This document shows, in pieces, positions 33,970 to 49,259 of a DNA stretch of 64,000 nucleotides (the first letter of the stretch is position 1; every line of letters begins with the position of its first letter). The notes under the pieces were generated by a model. It worked only from the letters and a program-made list of their open reading frames with translations, made no database searches and was not told the DNA's origin. Made by a program: the position numbers and the translations under genes. This stretch comes from an uncultured delta proteobacterium (GTDB lineage Bacteria; Myxococcota; Myxococcia; Myxococcales; Anaeromyxobacteraceae), in assembly GCA_963814585.1 (NCBI GenBank), contig CAWFDF010000009.1, forward strand, positions 64,001 to 128,000, written 5' to 3'.

Positions 33970-34884
33970 CTAGACTTTTGGGGGTTGCGTCTTCCAGCGC
34001 TCGTGCATCCAGACCCAGTCGGCCGGGTGGCGCCGGATGGCGTCCTCCAGCACCGCCTGGCAGGCGGCGGTGATCCGGAGCGCCTCGGCCTCCTTGTCGG
34101 CCGGCTTCGGGTCGTACCGGATCTCGGTCACCTCGAAGACGAACCCGTCCCCCGGCCGCTCGCTCTTGCGGTGGCTCGTCCCCACCAGGATCGGCGCCCC
34201 GGTCCGGAGCGCCAGGTCGGCAGGCGCCCGGGGCGACCAGGCCGGCCGGCCGAAGAACGGCACCCACACCCCCTGCACGTTGGTGTCCTGATCCACCAGG
34301 AGCCCGAGGACGCGGTTCTCCTTGAAGACCCGCAGGAGCGCCCGGGCCGTGGAGGCGTCCTCCCGCCACAGCGTGGTGACCGCCCCGTCCTGCCGCCACC
34401 CCTCGATCAGCCCCATCAGGCGGGCGTCGCCGCCCCGCTTGGCCACCGCCGAGACCGGCGCGCCCACCTTGGCCACCGCCCGGGCCATCAGCTCCCAGTT
34501 GCCGAGGTGGCCGGTGACGAAGACGACCCCCTTGCCCCTGGCCAGGGCGGCCTGGAGCTCGGCGCCGGACAGCTCCATGTACCGCTCGATCCGGTCCGCG
34601 TAGGAGCGGATCGAGGTGATCTCCAGCGCCGACATGCCGAGGTGGACGAACATCCGCCGGGCGATGTCCCGCCGCTCGGCCTCGGTCCTCTCGGGGAAGG
34701 CCAGCGCCAGGTGGGCGAGCGCCAGCCGGCGCGCGTCGCCGAACAGGTGGTAGCCGAGCCCGCCCAGCCAGGCGCCGATGCGGACGGCCGGGCCGAGGGG
34801 GATGAGCGCGACCAGCCGGATCAGCCCGGCCACGACCCGGGAGCGGACGCCCCGCCGGAGGCGCGTTCCCAGCGGCGGCGTCAT
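33970..34884 (-). CDS. lpxL: Lipid A biosynthesis (Kdo2-lipid IVA) acyltransferase
   Basis: GKGVVFVTGHLGNWEL, LLVDQD...WVPFFGR, PADWVWMHERWK. Confidence 0.85.
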   Translation of the reverse strand: MTPPLGTRLRRGVRSRVVAGLIRLVALIPLGPAVRIGAWLGGLGYHLFGDARRLALAHLALAFPERTEAERRDIARRMFVHLGMSALEITSIRSYADRIERYMELSGAELQAALARGKGVVFVTGHLGNWELMARAVAKVGAPVSAVAKRGGDARLMGLIEGWRQDGAVTTLWREDASTARALLRVFKENRVLGLLVDQDTNVQGVWVPFFGRPAWSPRAPADLALRTGAPILVGTSHRKSERPGDGFVFEVTEIRYDPKPADKEAEALRITAACQAVLEDAIRRHPADWVWMHERWKTQPPKV

Positions 34885-34885
34885 C

Positions 34886-35425
34886 CTAGTTCGCCGCCCC
34901 CGGCCCGCGAGCCGCCGCCAGCAGGTCGCACAGCTCGCGCACCGCGCCCCGTCCGCCCGGCGCACGCGCCACGAAGTGGACCGCGGCCCGCACCGCCGGC
35001 ATGGCGTCGGCCGGGGCCGCCGAGAGACCGACCCGGCGCAGCAGCGGCAGGTCGTTCACGTCGTCGCCCATGTAGGCCACCTCGTCGTCGGGGACGCCGA
35101 GGTGGGCCAGCTGGCGGTAGCCGGCCAGCTTGTCGGCCTGGCCGAAGATCACGTGCTTCACGCCGAGCTCCTCCAGCCGGAGCCGGGTGGCCTTGCCCGG
35201 CCGGCCGGAGATGACGCCGAAGTCCAGGCGATCGCGCAGCAGGACGATGCCGAAGCCGTCGCGGACGTCGAAGGCCTTCATCAGCTCGCCCTCGGGGCCG
35301 TAGTAGAGCCGCCCGTCGGTGAGCACGCCGTCGACGTCGAGCAGCACCAGCCGGATCCGGGCGGCCTTCGCCATCAGCGCGCGCGCCGAGATGCGGGCGC
35401 GCGAGGCCGGCCTGGGCGCGGTCAC
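34886..35425 (-). CDS. kdsC: KDO 8-phosphate phosphatase
   Basis: LLDVDGVLTDG, AFDVRDGFGI, AYMGDDVNDLP, GGRGAVRELCD. Confidence 0.95.
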   Translation of the reverse strand: MTAPRPASRARISARALMAKAARIRLVLLDVDGVLTDGRLYYGPEGELMKAFDVRDGFGIVLLRDRLDFGVISGRPGKATRLRLEELGVKHVIFGQADKLAGYRQLAHLGVPDDEVAYMGDDVNDLPLLRRVGLSAAPADAMPAVRAAVHFVARAPGGRGAVRELCDLLAAARGPGAAN

Positions 35426-36249
35426 GGCTGCCCCAGCGCCCGGCGCACGGCCAGCACCTCGGCCAGCACCCGGTCGGCCATGGCGAAGTCCAGGCTGTTG
35501 GGCCCGTCGCTCAGGGCCACCGAGGGATCCTCGTGGATCTCCATGAAGAGCGCGTCGATGCCCACCGCCGCCGCGGCCCGGGCCAGCGGCGCCACGAACT
35601 GCCGGTCGCCGCCGGTGACGTCGCCGGCGCCGCCGGGGAGCTGCACCGAGTGGGTGGCGTCGAGGCAGACCGGCACCCCCAGCTGGCGCATCTGCACCAG
35701 CCCGCGCATGTCGACCACCAGGTTGCCGTAGCCGAAGGTGGAGCCGCGCTCCATGAGCAGCACGTTCTGGTTGCCGGCCTCGTGGCACTTGGCCACGGCG
35801 TGGCGCATCTCCCGGGGAGCCAGGAACTGGCCCTTCTTCACCGAGACGCTGGTGCCGTGGGTGGCGCAGGCGATGACCAGGTCGGTCTGCCGGCAGAGGA
35901 AGGCCGGCACCTGCAGCACGTCCACCACCTTCCCGGCCGGCTCGGCCTGCCAGCTCTCGTGGACGTCGGTGGTGCAGGGCAGGCCGGTCTCGCGCTTCAC
36001 CGCCTGGAAGGCGGCCATCCCCACCTCCAGCCCCGGGCCGCGGTAGCTCCTTCCGCTGGAGCGGTTGGCCTTGTCGAAGCTGGCCTTGAAGACCACCGGG
36101 AGGCCGTGCCTCCCGGCCAGCGCCTTGACCTTGTGGGCGTGGCGGAGCGCGTGGGCCTCGTTCTCCAGCACGCAGGGGCCGGCGATGAGGAGCAGTGGCC
36201 TCCCATCGCCGACCTCGTACCCGCCGATGCGGGCGAGGACCTGGGACAT
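35422..36249 (-). CDS. kdsA: KDO 8-phosphate synthase
   Basis: IAGPCVLE, FKASFDKANRSS, PAFLCRQTDL, KKGQFLAP, DATHSVQLPG. Confidence 0.97.
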   Translation of the reverse strand: MSQVLARIGGYEVGDGRPLLLIAGPCVLENEAHALRHAHKVKALAGRHGLPVVFKASFDKANRSSGRSYRGPGLEVGMAAFQAVKRETGLPCTTDVHESWQAEPAGKVVDVLQVPAFLCRQTDLVIACATHGTSVSVKKGQFLAPREMRHAVAKCHEAGNQNVLLMERGSTFGYGNLVVDMRGLVQMRQLGVPVCLDATHSVQLPGGAGDVTGGDRQFVAPLARAAAAVGIDALFMEIHEDPSVALSDGPNSLDFAMADRVLAEVLAVRRALGQP

Positions 36250-36257
36250 GGTGTCTC

Positions 36258-38676
<2,419 letters not shown>

Positions 38677-38804
38677 TCCGGGACCGCAACCTACGCGCTG
38701 CGATCGATCGCGTCAACCACCGTGGGGGCGGCGCGCCAACGGCCCGACTTGACACGCGGTTCCGCGCGGCGGCGCCGGACGGCGGTGGTGGTATAGCAGG
38801 GCGC

Positions 38805-39755
<951 letters not shown>

Positions 39756-39759
<4 letters not shown>

Positions 39760-40220
39760 GCTCGAGCGGACTGGCGCCGCCGGCGGGGCGGGGTGCCCTG
39801 GCGGTGATCTTCACCTCCCTGCGGACGCCCGGCGACGACGGCTACGCCCAGACCGCCGACGAGATGGTCCGACTGGCCGGTGAGCAGGACGGTTTCCTCG
39901 GCGAGGAGTCGGCGAGCGACGCGAGCGGCCTCGGCCTCACGGCCTCCTCCTGGCGCGACGAGGCGGCCCTCCGGGGCTGGCGCGAGCAGGCCGACCACCT
40001 GGCGGCCCGGGCCGCCGGGAAGGCGCGCTGGTACCGCGCCTACCGGATCCGCGTCTGCCGGGTGGAGCGGGAGTACGGGTTCGAGCGGTCGTCCAGACGT
40101 TTGGACCGCACCTGGAGTCCGCGTGTCGGTCGCAGCCTCTACCCCTCGCGCCCCTTGCCCCGCTCCGCCGCCCGCGCCGCCCTGGCGATGCGGCCGCGCT
40201 GCTTCACCGAGAGCGCATAG
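39756..40220 (+). CDS. Antibiotic biosynthesis monooxygenase (ABM) family protein with an aberrant C-terminal extension
   Basis: AVIFTSLRT...YAQTADEMVRLA.EQDGFLG.ES...W...H..AR..GKARWY..YRIRVCRVEREY. Confidence 0.8.
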
Positions 40221-40812
40221 AATCGGGTCCGCAGCGCCTCGAGCTCGTCGGCCGGAAGGTCCCCGTGCCGCCCCCGCTCCACCTCGCGCCGGTCCACGGC
40301 GCGGGCCAGGCAGATGGCGGCCGCCACCGAGACGTTGAACGACTGCGAGAAGCCGCGCATGGGGATGGCGAAGCAGGCGTCGGCGAGCCGCTGCGCCTCC
40401 TCCGAGACCCCGGCGTGCTCGTTGCCGAAGACCAGCGCCACCGGCTCGGCGAAGGACAGCCCGGCCAGCGACCCCGACCCCTCGCCGAGGTGGGTGGCGT
40501 AGACGCGGAAGCCGCGCGCCTTCAGCGCCGCCAGGCAGGACGCGGTGTCCTTCCAGCGCACCACCTCGAGCCACTTGTCGGCGTTCTGGCTGATCTTCTT
40601 GTTGCGGTCGTAGCGCTTCTGCGGCCCGACCACGACGTGGACCTCCTGCACCCCGAAGGACTCGGCGGTGCGGAGCACGGCGCTGGTGTTCTGCGGGTCG
40701 GCGAAGGCCTCCATCACCACGGTGAGCGTGCGGGTGCGCTGCGCCACCACCGCGTCGATGCGCGCCTTCCGCTCCGGCAGCAGGAACCCGGGGTCGGAAG
40801 GCGGCCCGTCAC
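40139..40812 (-). CDS. trmH: SpoU/TrmH family RNA 2'-O-methyltransferase (start uncertain)
   Basis: ERKARIDAVVAQRTRTLTVVME...DPQNTSAVLRTAESFG...VFGNEHAGVS...IPMRGFSQSFNVSVA. Confidence 0.85.
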
Positions 40813-42128
40813 CGGCGGCTCCGCGTGGCGACCGCCTTCTTCGCGCCCGGCTTCGGCGCGGCCTGGACCTGGCGACGCCCTTCCTCTTCGGCGCGGCCTT
40901 CGCCATCGCCTTCGCCATCGCAGCCTTCGCCTTCGGCGCGGCCTTCGGCATCCTGGCCGCCCGCTTCGGCGCCGCCTTCACGGCTTCGCCGCCGCAGCCT
41001 CCGGGACGAACGGCTTCGGCGCCTGGCCGCGGCGCGCCTCCCCGCCAACGGCATGGTCGGCTCGGCCACCGATCGCGGCCTCCCCGCCTTCTTCGGCCGC
41101 CCGCCGCCGTGCGGCGCCACGTCGGTCCAGATGGCCGCCGCCACGTCGTCGAGCAGGGCGTCGAGCCCCTCGCGCGTGGCCGAGGAGAGCAGGTGCACCT
41201 TCACCGGCACCCGTCGCCTCGCCATGGCCCGGGCCCAGCGCTCGCCGGCGGCGCGCGCCTCCGGGATGTCGACCTTGGTGACCGCCACCACCTGCGGCTT
41301 GCCGGCCAGCTTCCTCGAGTAGAGCTTCAGCTCCCGGTTGATGGCGGCGAAGTCGGCGGCCGGAGCGCGACCCGGACCGGGGTTGGCCCCCTCCACCAGG
41401 TGGACCAGCACGCGGCAGCGCTCGACGTGGCGCAGGAACTGGTGGCCGAGTCCGGCGCCCTCGTGGGCCCCCTCGATCAGCCCCGGGATGTCGGCCACCA
41501 CGAAGCTCCGCTCGCCGCGCCACTGGGCCACGCCGAGGTTGGGGGTGATGGTGGTGAACGGGTAGTCGGCGATCCGCGGGCGGGCCCGGCTGATGACGCT
41601 GATGAGCGTCGACTTGCCGGCGTTGGGATAGCCGACGATGCCGACGTCGGCCAGCAGCTTGAGCTCGAGCTGGAGGTTCCTCTCCTCGCCCTTGGTCCCC
41701 TCCTGGGCGTAGCGCGGCGCCTGGTTGGTCGAGGTGGCGAAGTTGATGTTGCCCAGGCCGCCACGACCGCCCTTGGCGACCACCAGGCGCGGGCAGCCCG
41801 GACCCATGTCGGCCAGCGTCTCGCCGGTGCCGAGGTCGCGCACCAGCGTCCCGGGCGGCACCTTGAGGACCAGCGGCTCCCCGCTGATGCCGTTCATGTC
41901 GCGGCCATGCCCCTTGGAGCCGCTCCTGGCCCGGTGCTCGCGGACGTAGCGGTAGTCGAGCAGCGTGGAGAGCTGCGGGTCGACCTCGAGGATGACGTCG
42001 CCGCCGTCGCCGCCGTCGCCGCCGGCCGGGCCGCCCTTGGGGATGAACTTCTCCCGGCGCCAGGCGATGGCGCCGGCGCCGCCGTCGCCGGACTTCACGA
42101 AGATGCGGACCTGGTCGACGAACTTCAT
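40809..42128 (-). CDS. obgE: GTPase ObgE/CgtA
   Basis: MKFVDQVRIFVKSGDGGAG...GGPAGGDGGDGG, G1 GYPNAGKSTL, YPFTTITPNLG, DIPGLIEGA, TKVD. Confidence 0.97.
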   Translation of the reverse strand: MKFVDQVRIFVKSGDGGAGAIAWRREKFIPKGGPAGGDGGDGGDVILEVDPQLSTLLDYRYVREHRARSGSKGHGRDMNGISGEPLVLKVPPGTLVRDLGTGETLADMGPGCPRLVVAKGGRGGLGNINFATSTNQAPRYAQEGTKGEERNLQLELKLLADVGIVGYPNAGKSTLISVISRARPRIADYPFTTITPNLGVAQWRGERSFVVADIPGLIEGAHEGAGLGHQFLRHVERCRVLVHLVEGANPGPGRAPAADFAAINRELKLYSRKLAGKPQVVAVTKVDIPEARAAGERWARAMARRRVPVKVHLLSSATREGLDALLDDVAAAIWTDVAPHGGGRPKKAGRPRSVAEPTMPLAGRRAAARRRSRSSRRLRRRSREGGAEAGGQDAEGRAEGEGCDGEGDGEGRAEEEGRRQVQAAPKPGAKKAVATRSRR

Positions 42129-42215
42129 GCTGCCCCCTCGAAACGACGAGCGCCGCGCGGCCCGAGGGCCCGCGGCGCCGTGGACGGCCGACGGAGCGGC
42201 CGGGCCTGCCGGGCC

Positions 42216-42473
42216 CTAGGCCTCGGGGATCACCGAGACCACGCGGCGGTCGCCGCGGGTGCGGGTGAACTTCACCGTGCCGTCGCGGGTGGCGAAGATG
42301 GTGAAGTCCTTGCCGAGCCCGACGCCCGGGCCGGGGTGGAAGAGCGTGCCGCACTGGCGGACGATGATGTGGCCGGAGACGACCTTCTCCGAGCCGTAGA
42401 TCTTCACGCCGCGGTGCTGCCCCGGCGAGTCGCGGCCGTTCCGCGAGGAGCCCTGTCCCTTTTTGTGAGCCAT
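42216..42473 (-). CDS. rpmA: 50S ribosomal protein L27
   Basis: [16 protein letters not shown]...[12 protein letters not shown]. Confidence 0.98.
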   Translation of the reverse strand: MAHKKGQGSSRNGRDSPGQHRGVKIYGSEKVVSGHIIVRQCGTLFHPGPGVGLGKDFTIFATRDGTVKFTRTRGDRRVVSVIPEA

Positions 42474-42491
42474 GGTTCGTCCTTCCTTTCC

Positions 42492-42797
42492 CTAGGCGCG
42501 GACCGCGGTGATGAGCAGCTCGGTGAAGGGCTGCCGGTGGCCGCGCTTCTTGGTCCAGCCTTCCTTCTTCTTGCGGAAGTGGACCACCTTCTTGTGCTTG
42601 CCGTGGGCCACGATCTCGCCCTCGACCGCGGCGCCCTTGACCACCGGAGCGCCGACCTTGGCCTCGCCCTCGCCGCCGACCATCAGCGCGTCGAAGGAGA
42701 CCTTGCCGCCCACGTCGCCGGCCAGCAGCTCGACCTTGACCCGGTCGCCCTGCGCCACGCGATACTGCTTCCCGCCGGTCTTGATCACCGCGTACAT
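42492..42797 (-). CDS. rplU: 50S ribosomal protein L21
   Basis: [14 protein letters not shown]...[11 protein letters not shown]. Confidence 0.98.
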   Translation of the reverse strand: MYAVIKTGGKQYRVAQGDRVKVELLAGDVGGKVSFDALMVGGEGEAKVGAPVVKGAAVEGEIVAHGKHKKVVHFRKKKEGWTKKRGHRQPFTELLITAVRA

Positions 42798-42844
42798 CGC
42801 CTGCTCCTTGGAATTGCTGGGGTCCCGGACCTCCGGGAGGCGGC

Positions 42845-42874
42845 TCTATACGATCCGCCCGCCGCCGCTGTCAA
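42845..42874 (-). promoter_or_regulatory. Putative sigma70 promoter of rplU-rpmA
   Basis: TTGACA-N18-TATAGA on the minus strand. Confidence 0.6.
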
Positions 42875-42886
42875 GGATGAGCGGGA

Positions 42887-43819
42887 TCAGGGGGTTTCCA
42901 TGGAGCTCGATCCCCCGGACGAGGTAGGCGTAGCCCTCGCATGGGGGATCGGCTCGATGTCATGGAAGAGCCGGTAGTCGATCACGGCCGCGCCGTCCGG
43001 CTGGACCGCGAGGATGTCGATGAAGCGGCTGCCGAAGACCACCTCGGCCGGGCCGTAGGCGTGGCGGGCGTGGACGGTCTGGCCGAGGTGCTCGTCGAGC
43101 CCCGAGACCGAGACCATGATGGTGAGCGGCCGGCGAGCCAGCGAGGCGGCGTCGAGCCCGTGGAGCGGGCTCTCCGGCGTGATGGGGTGGACCGCCATCC
43201 AGGTGAGCGAGAACACCGAGGAGCGGGCTCTCCGCAGCTTCAGGTCGTAGACCTTGCGGATCGGCTCCCCCTCCAGGGTGGTCTCGGACCGCACCGCCAC
43301 CACCGTCAGCTCGGCCTCGACGATCTGGTTGGCGCGGGCGTTGGCCATCCGGAAGAGGAGCGAGGGGACGCCGTCGAAGGGCTGGACCACCGCCACCCGG
43401 CTGAAGAGGACGCGGGCGGTGGGGCGGGCGAACTTGGCGAAGACCAGGCCGGTGGTCACCGCCAGCCCGGCCATCCCCAGCATCACCTGGGCCAGCGAGA
43501 GCAGGTTGGCGGCGACGCCCCTCGGCACCTTGTCGCCGTAGCCGATGGTGGCCATGGTGTCGAAGGAGAAGAAGAAGGCGTCGGAGAAGGAGCCCGGCTC
43601 GGCGTTCTGGATGGCCCCGGGGCCGAGCGCCAGGTAGGCCAGCGCGAAGAGCGCGTTGATCGCCAGGTAGGCGATCCCCATCGTGGTGAAGAGGCGGGGC
43701 CAGCTCCAGGTGAGGAGCCGGTGGTAGAGGTCGCCGAGCGGCCGCCGCGGCAGGCCGACGGCGGTGACCGGGGTGCCGGTGCCGAAGGTGGTCTTGAGGA
43801 CGCTGGGGCGCTTCGTCAC
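42887..43819 (-). CDS. Inward rectifier potassium channel (KirBac family)
   Basis: DLYHRLLTWSW, DAFFFS...TMATIGYG filter, TGLVFAKFARPTARVLFS, FRMANARANQIVEA, HPITPESPL. Confidence 0.92.
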   Translation of the reverse strand: MTKRPSVLKTTFGTGTPVTAVGLPRRPLGDLYHRLLTWSWPRLFTTMGIAYLAINALFALAYLALGPGAIQNAEPGSFSDAFFFSFDTMATIGYGDKVPRGVAANLLSLAQVMLGMAGLAVTTGLVFAKFARPTARVLFSRVAVVQPFDGVPSLLFRMANARANQIVEAELTVVAVRSETTLEGEPIRKVYDLKLRRARSSVFSLTWMAVHPITPESPLHGLDAASLARRPLTIMVSVSGLDEHLGQTVHARHAYGPAEVVFGSRFIDILAVQPDGAAVIDYRLFHDIEPIPHARATPTSSGGSSSMETP

Positions 43820-44289
43820 GGCTTCACGTCGATGCCGAAGTGGCCGGGCGCCAGCCCCTTCCACGCGCAGTAATCGAGCAGCTCGCGCTTCAGGAGCCCC
43901 CAGGTGAGGGCCACCACCAGCGCGTCGTCGGTGAAGCCGAGCGGGCCGAGCAGGTCGGGGACGAGATCGAAGGGGGTGAGGACGTAGAGCCCGGCCGCGG
44001 TGAGCGCGGCGATGGCCTTCCAGGGCATCCGGTAGTCGCCCCGCACGGTGTCGCGCAGGACCATCCAGAGCAGCCGCAGCCGGGCCAGCAGGTCGGCCGG
44101 CGCGCCGCGCGCCCACCAGGGCCGGCGCTCGAGGAACCTCCCCACCCGCCCCACCGTCCCCTCCACCTCGAGCGGCGTGACGTCGGCGGCCCCGCGCGCC
44201 AGCTCGCGCGCCGCCGCCTCCCGGCAGGAGAGGCACTGGCCGTTGGTGCCGGTGCGCTGGCCGCAGGCGGGGCAGGGGGCGGAGGTCAC
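43816..44289 (-). CDS. YkvA/DUF1232 family membrane protein with an N-terminal CxxC..CxxC
   Basis: LYVLTPFDLVPDLLGPLGFTDD motif. Confidence 0.85.
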   Translation of the reverse strand: MTSAPCPACGQRTGTNGQCLSCREAAARELARGAADVTPLEVEGTVGRVGRFLERRPWWARGAPADLLARLRLLWMVLRDTVRGDYRMPWKAIAALTAAGLYVLTPFDLVPDLLGPLGFTDDALVVALTWGLLKRELLDYCAWKGLAPGHFGIDVKP

Positions 44290-44360
44290 CAGCAGATCCT
44301 AGCGGGTCGGCCGGCGCCGCGCCGCTCCGGGAGATCCCCGGTCCGGCCGCGCACCGGGCC

Positions 44361-45374
44361 TCATGGCGCCAGCGCCTTCAAGGTCGCGGCGCCGACCGGG
44401 CGGACCAGCCCCCGCTCGGTGATGATCGCCGTCACCAGCGCCGCCGGGGTCACGTCGAAGGCCGGGTAGCGGGCCGCGACGCCCACCGGCGCGATCCGCA
44501 GCGCCCCGATCAGCACCACCTCGTCCGACGGCCGCTCCTCGATGGGGATGCCGCCGCCGGTGGCGGTCTCGAGGTCGACGGTGCTCCACGGCGCCGCCAC
44601 GTAGAAGGGGATCCCGTGGTGCGAGGCCAGCACCGCCAGGCCGTAGGTGCCGATCTTGTTGGCGACGTCGCCGTTCGCGGCGATCCGGTCGGCGCCCACC
44701 ACCACGGCCTGGATCTCGCCGCGCTGCATGAGCCAGCCGGCCATCCCGTCGGTGAGCACGGTGACCGGGATGCCGTCGCGGTGCAGCTCCCAGGCGGTGA
44801 GGCGGGCCCCCTGGAAGAAGGGCCGGGTCTCGTCGGCCAGCACCTTCACCGGGTTGCCGGCCTCGTGGGCGGCGCGGATGACGCCGAGCGCGGTGCCGTA
44901 GCCGGCGGTGGCCAGCGCCCCGGCGTTGCAGTGGGTGAGCACCGTGGCGCCGTGAGGGAGGAGCGGCGCGCCCAGCGCCCCCAGGCGCCGGCAGGCGGCC
45001 TCGTCCTCGTCGCGGATGGCGTGGGCCTCGGCCAGCAGGGCGGCCGCGCCCGCCGCCAGCTTCCTCGAGATCCGCGCCACCGCCCAGGCCAGGTTCACCG
45101 CCGTGGGGCGGGCCTTCGCCAGCATGGCCGCCGCCCGGTGCAGCTGGGCCGGCCCGGCGCCGCGGCGCGCCTCCACCGCCACCCCGTAGGCCGCGGCCAC
45201 GCCGATGGCCGGGGCGCCGCGCACCGCCAGCGTCCTGATGGCGCCGGCCACCGCCTCGGCGGAGGAGAGCTCCAGCCAGGTCTCCTCGCCGGGGAGCAGC
45301 CGCTGGTCGATCAGCCGCACCAGGTCGCGCTGCTCGTCGTAGAGGATGGGCCGGAGCGGTTCACGCAGCGTCAT
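44361..45374 (-). CDS. mtnA: S-methyl-5-thioribose-1-phosphate isomerase
   Basis: [57 protein letters not shown]. Confidence 0.96.
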   Translation of the reverse strand: MTLREPLRPILYDEQRDLVRLIDQRLLPGEETWLELSSAEAVAGAIRTLAVRGAPAIGVAAAYGVAVEARRGAGPAQLHRAAAMLAKARPTAVNLAWAVARISRKLAAGAAALLAEAHAIRDEDEAACRRLGALGAPLLPHGATVLTHCNAGALATAGYGTALGVIRAAHEAGNPVKVLADETRPFFQGARLTAWELHRDGIPVTVLTDGMAGWLMQRGEIQAVVVGADRIAANGDVANKIGTYGLAVLASHHGIPFYVAAPWSTVDLETATGGGIPIEERPSDEVVLIGALRIAPVGVAARYPAFDVTPAALVTAIITERGLVRPVGAATLKALAP

Positions 45375-45583
45375 GAGCCCTTCCGCGGCCCGATCCGGCC
45401 GGTGGCGCGCAGCAGGAAGTAGGCGGTGGCCGCGGCGCCGCCGAAGGCGTACGGGCTGCGCTCCTGGGCCAGCGCGATGGTCACGATGCCCGCGCCGACC
45501 ACCAGGGCCCAGAGGAAGCCGCGGCTCGGCCCCCCCGCGCTGCCGGCGCCGGCCGGGCCGGCGCCCCACCCGGCCCAGCTCAT
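45371..45583 (-). CDS. Small hypothetical membrane protein
   Basis: 70 aa with two hydrophobic segments. ATGA overlaps with both gatB and mtnA. Confidence 0.65.
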   Translation of the reverse strand: MSWAGWGAGPAGAGSAGGPSRGFLWALVVGAGIVTIALAQERSPYAFGGAAATAYFLLRATGRIGPRKGS

Positions 45584-47049
45584 GAGCCCGCCCCGAGCTT
45601 CTTCCTGAGCAGCGCGTTGACGACGCCGGGGTGGCCCTGGCCCTTGAGCGCCTTCATCACCTGGCCGACGAAGAAGCCGGTCAGGTCCTTCTTGCCGGAC
45701 CGGTGGCGCTCCACCTCGGCCGGGCTGGCCGCCAGGACGGCGTCGACGGCCGCCTCGATGGCGGCCTGGTCCGAGACCTGCGCCAGGCCGAGGCGCGGCA
45801 CCAGCTCGGCCGGGTCGCCGCCGCGACGGAAGAGCTCCTCCACCAGCAGCTTGGCCCCGGCGCCGTTGACCGTCCCGGCCTCGAGCAGCCCCAGCACCGC
45901 CGCCAGCCCGGCCGGCGTGAGCTTCCAGGATCCCGGGGGCTGGCCGGTCTCGTTCACGAGCCGCGACAGCTCGCCGATGGTCCAGTTGGCCACCTTCTTG
46001 GCCGCCTCGACGCCGCCGCCGCGCGCGGAGAGCGCCGCGTCGAAGAAGTCGGCCAGGCCGGCGTCGCCCACCAGCACGCCGGCGTCCTGGCTGGAGAGCC
46101 CCAGCTCGCGCTGGTAGCGTTCGGCCCGCGCCCGCGGCAGCTCCCCGAGCGTGGCCCGGACCCGCGCCACCAGCGCCTCGTCGACGCGGACCGGCGGCAG
46201 GTCGGGCTCGGGGAAGTAGCGGTAGTCGTGGGCCTCCTCCTTGGAGCGCATCGAGCGGGTCTCGCCGCGGGCCGGGTCGTAGAGCCGGGTCTCCTGCAGC
46301 ACCGGCTGGCCAGCCTCCACCAGGGCCACCTGCCGGCGCACCTCGAAGTCGACGGCCTGCCTCAGGAAGCGGAAGGAGTTCATGTTCTTGATCTCGGCGC
46401 GGGTGCCGTAGCTGGTGGCCCCCTTCCTCATCACCGAGACGTTGGCGTCGCAGCGGAACGAGCCCTCCTCGAGGTTGCCGTCGTTGACCCCCAGCGCCAG
46501 CAGGACGGCGCGCAGCGCCTTGAGGTACTCGACCGCCTCGTCGGCGCTGCGCAGGTCCGGCTCGCTGACGATCTCCAGCAGCGGCACGCCGGCGCGGTTG
46601 AGGTCCACGCCCGAGCCGCCGTCGGCCGCCACCTCGTGGAGGTTCTTGCCGGCGTCCTCCTCCATGTGGATGCGGGTGAGCCGGATGAGCCGCTCCCGGC
46701 CGTCCACGGTGATGGCCAGGCCGCCGCCCAGGCAGATGGGCAGCTCGTACTGGGAGATCTGGTAGCCCTTGGGCAGGTCCGGGTAGAAGTAGTTCTTGCG
46801 GGCGAAGACGCTGAGCGGCTGGATGGCGCAGCCCAGCGCCAGCCCGGTCTTCACCGCCAGCTCCACCACCCGCTCGTTGAGCGCCGGCAGGACGCCGGGC
46901 ATCCCCAGGCAGATGGGGCAGACGTGGCTGTTGGGCTCCCCGCCGAACTCGGTGGAGCAGCCGCAGAAGATCTTGGTCCGGGTGAGGAGCTGGGCGTGCA
47001 CCTCCAGCCCGATCACCACCTGGAAGTCGGCGGATCCCATGGCGCTCAC
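45580..47049 (-). CDS. gatB: Asp/Glu-tRNA amidotransferase subunit B
   Basis: [56 protein letters not shown]. Confidence 0.97.
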   Translation of the reverse strand: MSAMGSADFQVVIGLEVHAQLLTRTKIFCGCSTEFGGEPNSHVCPICLGMPGVLPALNERVVELAVKTGLALGCAIQPLSVFARKNYFYPDLPKGYQISQYELPICLGGGLAITVDGRERLIRLTRIHMEEDAGKNLHEVAADGGSGVDLNRAGVPLLEIVSEPDLRSADEAVEYLKALRAVLLALGVNDGNLEEGSFRCDANVSVMRKGATSYGTRAEIKNMNSFRFLRQAVDFEVRRQVALVEAGQPVLQETRLYDPARGETRSMRSKEEAHDYRYFPEPDLPPVRVDEALVARVRATLGELPRARAERYQRELGLSSQDAGVLVGDAGLADFFDAALSARGGGVEAAKKVANWTIGELSRLVNETGQPPGSWKLTPAGLAAVLGLLEAGTVNGAGAKLLVEELFRRGGDPAELVPRLGLAQVSDQAAIEAAVDAVLAASPAEVERHRSGKKDLTGFFVGQVMKALKGQGHPGVVNALLRKKLGAGS

Positions 47050-47479
47050 CGCCTCCCCGGCGCCGGCCGGGCGGCCCGCAGGCTCGCCCAGCGGGCCTGG
47101 CTCGGGTAGAGGAGGGCCAGCGCCAGCAGGTCCACCGCGCAGACGGCCAGCAGGCGCGGGTCGTCGGTGACGATCCAGGCCACCAGCGGGTAGAGGGCCG
47201 CCCCCTCGCAGAGGGCCCAGGCGATCAGCAGCCGCGTGAAGGCGGTGGCCTCGGGACCGGCGGCCACCGGCCTGACCGACCGGGGCAGCACCTGCGCCAG
47301 GACGATGCAGGCCGCCGAGGTCGCCAGGACGATCCCGAAGAGGAAGCCGCTGGCCGGCAGGTGGGGCGCCGAGCCGCGCACCGCCTCGACCACCGCCGCG
47401 AAGAAGACCGGGAGCGCCAGGGTCGAGGCCCAGACCCCGGTGGCCGCCGCGCGGGTCATGGCGCCCCCCGCCGCCCGGG

Positions 47480-47483
<4 letters not shown>
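47046..47483 (-). CDS. Hypothetical four-helix membrane protein between gatA and gatB
   Basis: Hydrophobic ORF (...[23 protein letters not shown]...) coupled to both neighbours by GTGA overlaps. Alternative ATG at 47459. Confidence 0.65.
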
Positions 47484-48951
<1,468 letters not shown>

Positions 48952-48955
<4 letters not shown>

Positions 48956-49245
48956 TCGATGATCCTCGGGACCTTGAAGCAGGTCCCCTCGCGCGCCGGG
49001 GCGTTGCCGAGCGCCTCCTCGGGTGAGAGGCCGGGCGTGAGGGTGTCGGGGCGGAGCGGCACGGCCTCGCCCTCGGCCAGGGCGTGGGTCATGGGCGGCA
49101 CGCCCGTGACGTCGAGCGCCTCCAGGGCGCGCACGTGGTCGAGGATGGCCGAGAGCTGCCCGGCGAAGAGCTGCTCCTCCTCCGCCGAGAGCTTCAGTCG
49201 GGCCAGCGCGGCGACGCGCCGGACCTCCTCGAGCGTGAGCGCCAT
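48952..49245 (-). CDS. gatC: Asp/Glu-tRNA amidotransferase subunit C
   Basis: [17 protein letters not shown]...[11 protein letters not shown]...ALGNAP...FKVPRIIE. Confidence 0.95.
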
Positions 49246-49259
49246 GGCCGCCCGGGGCA

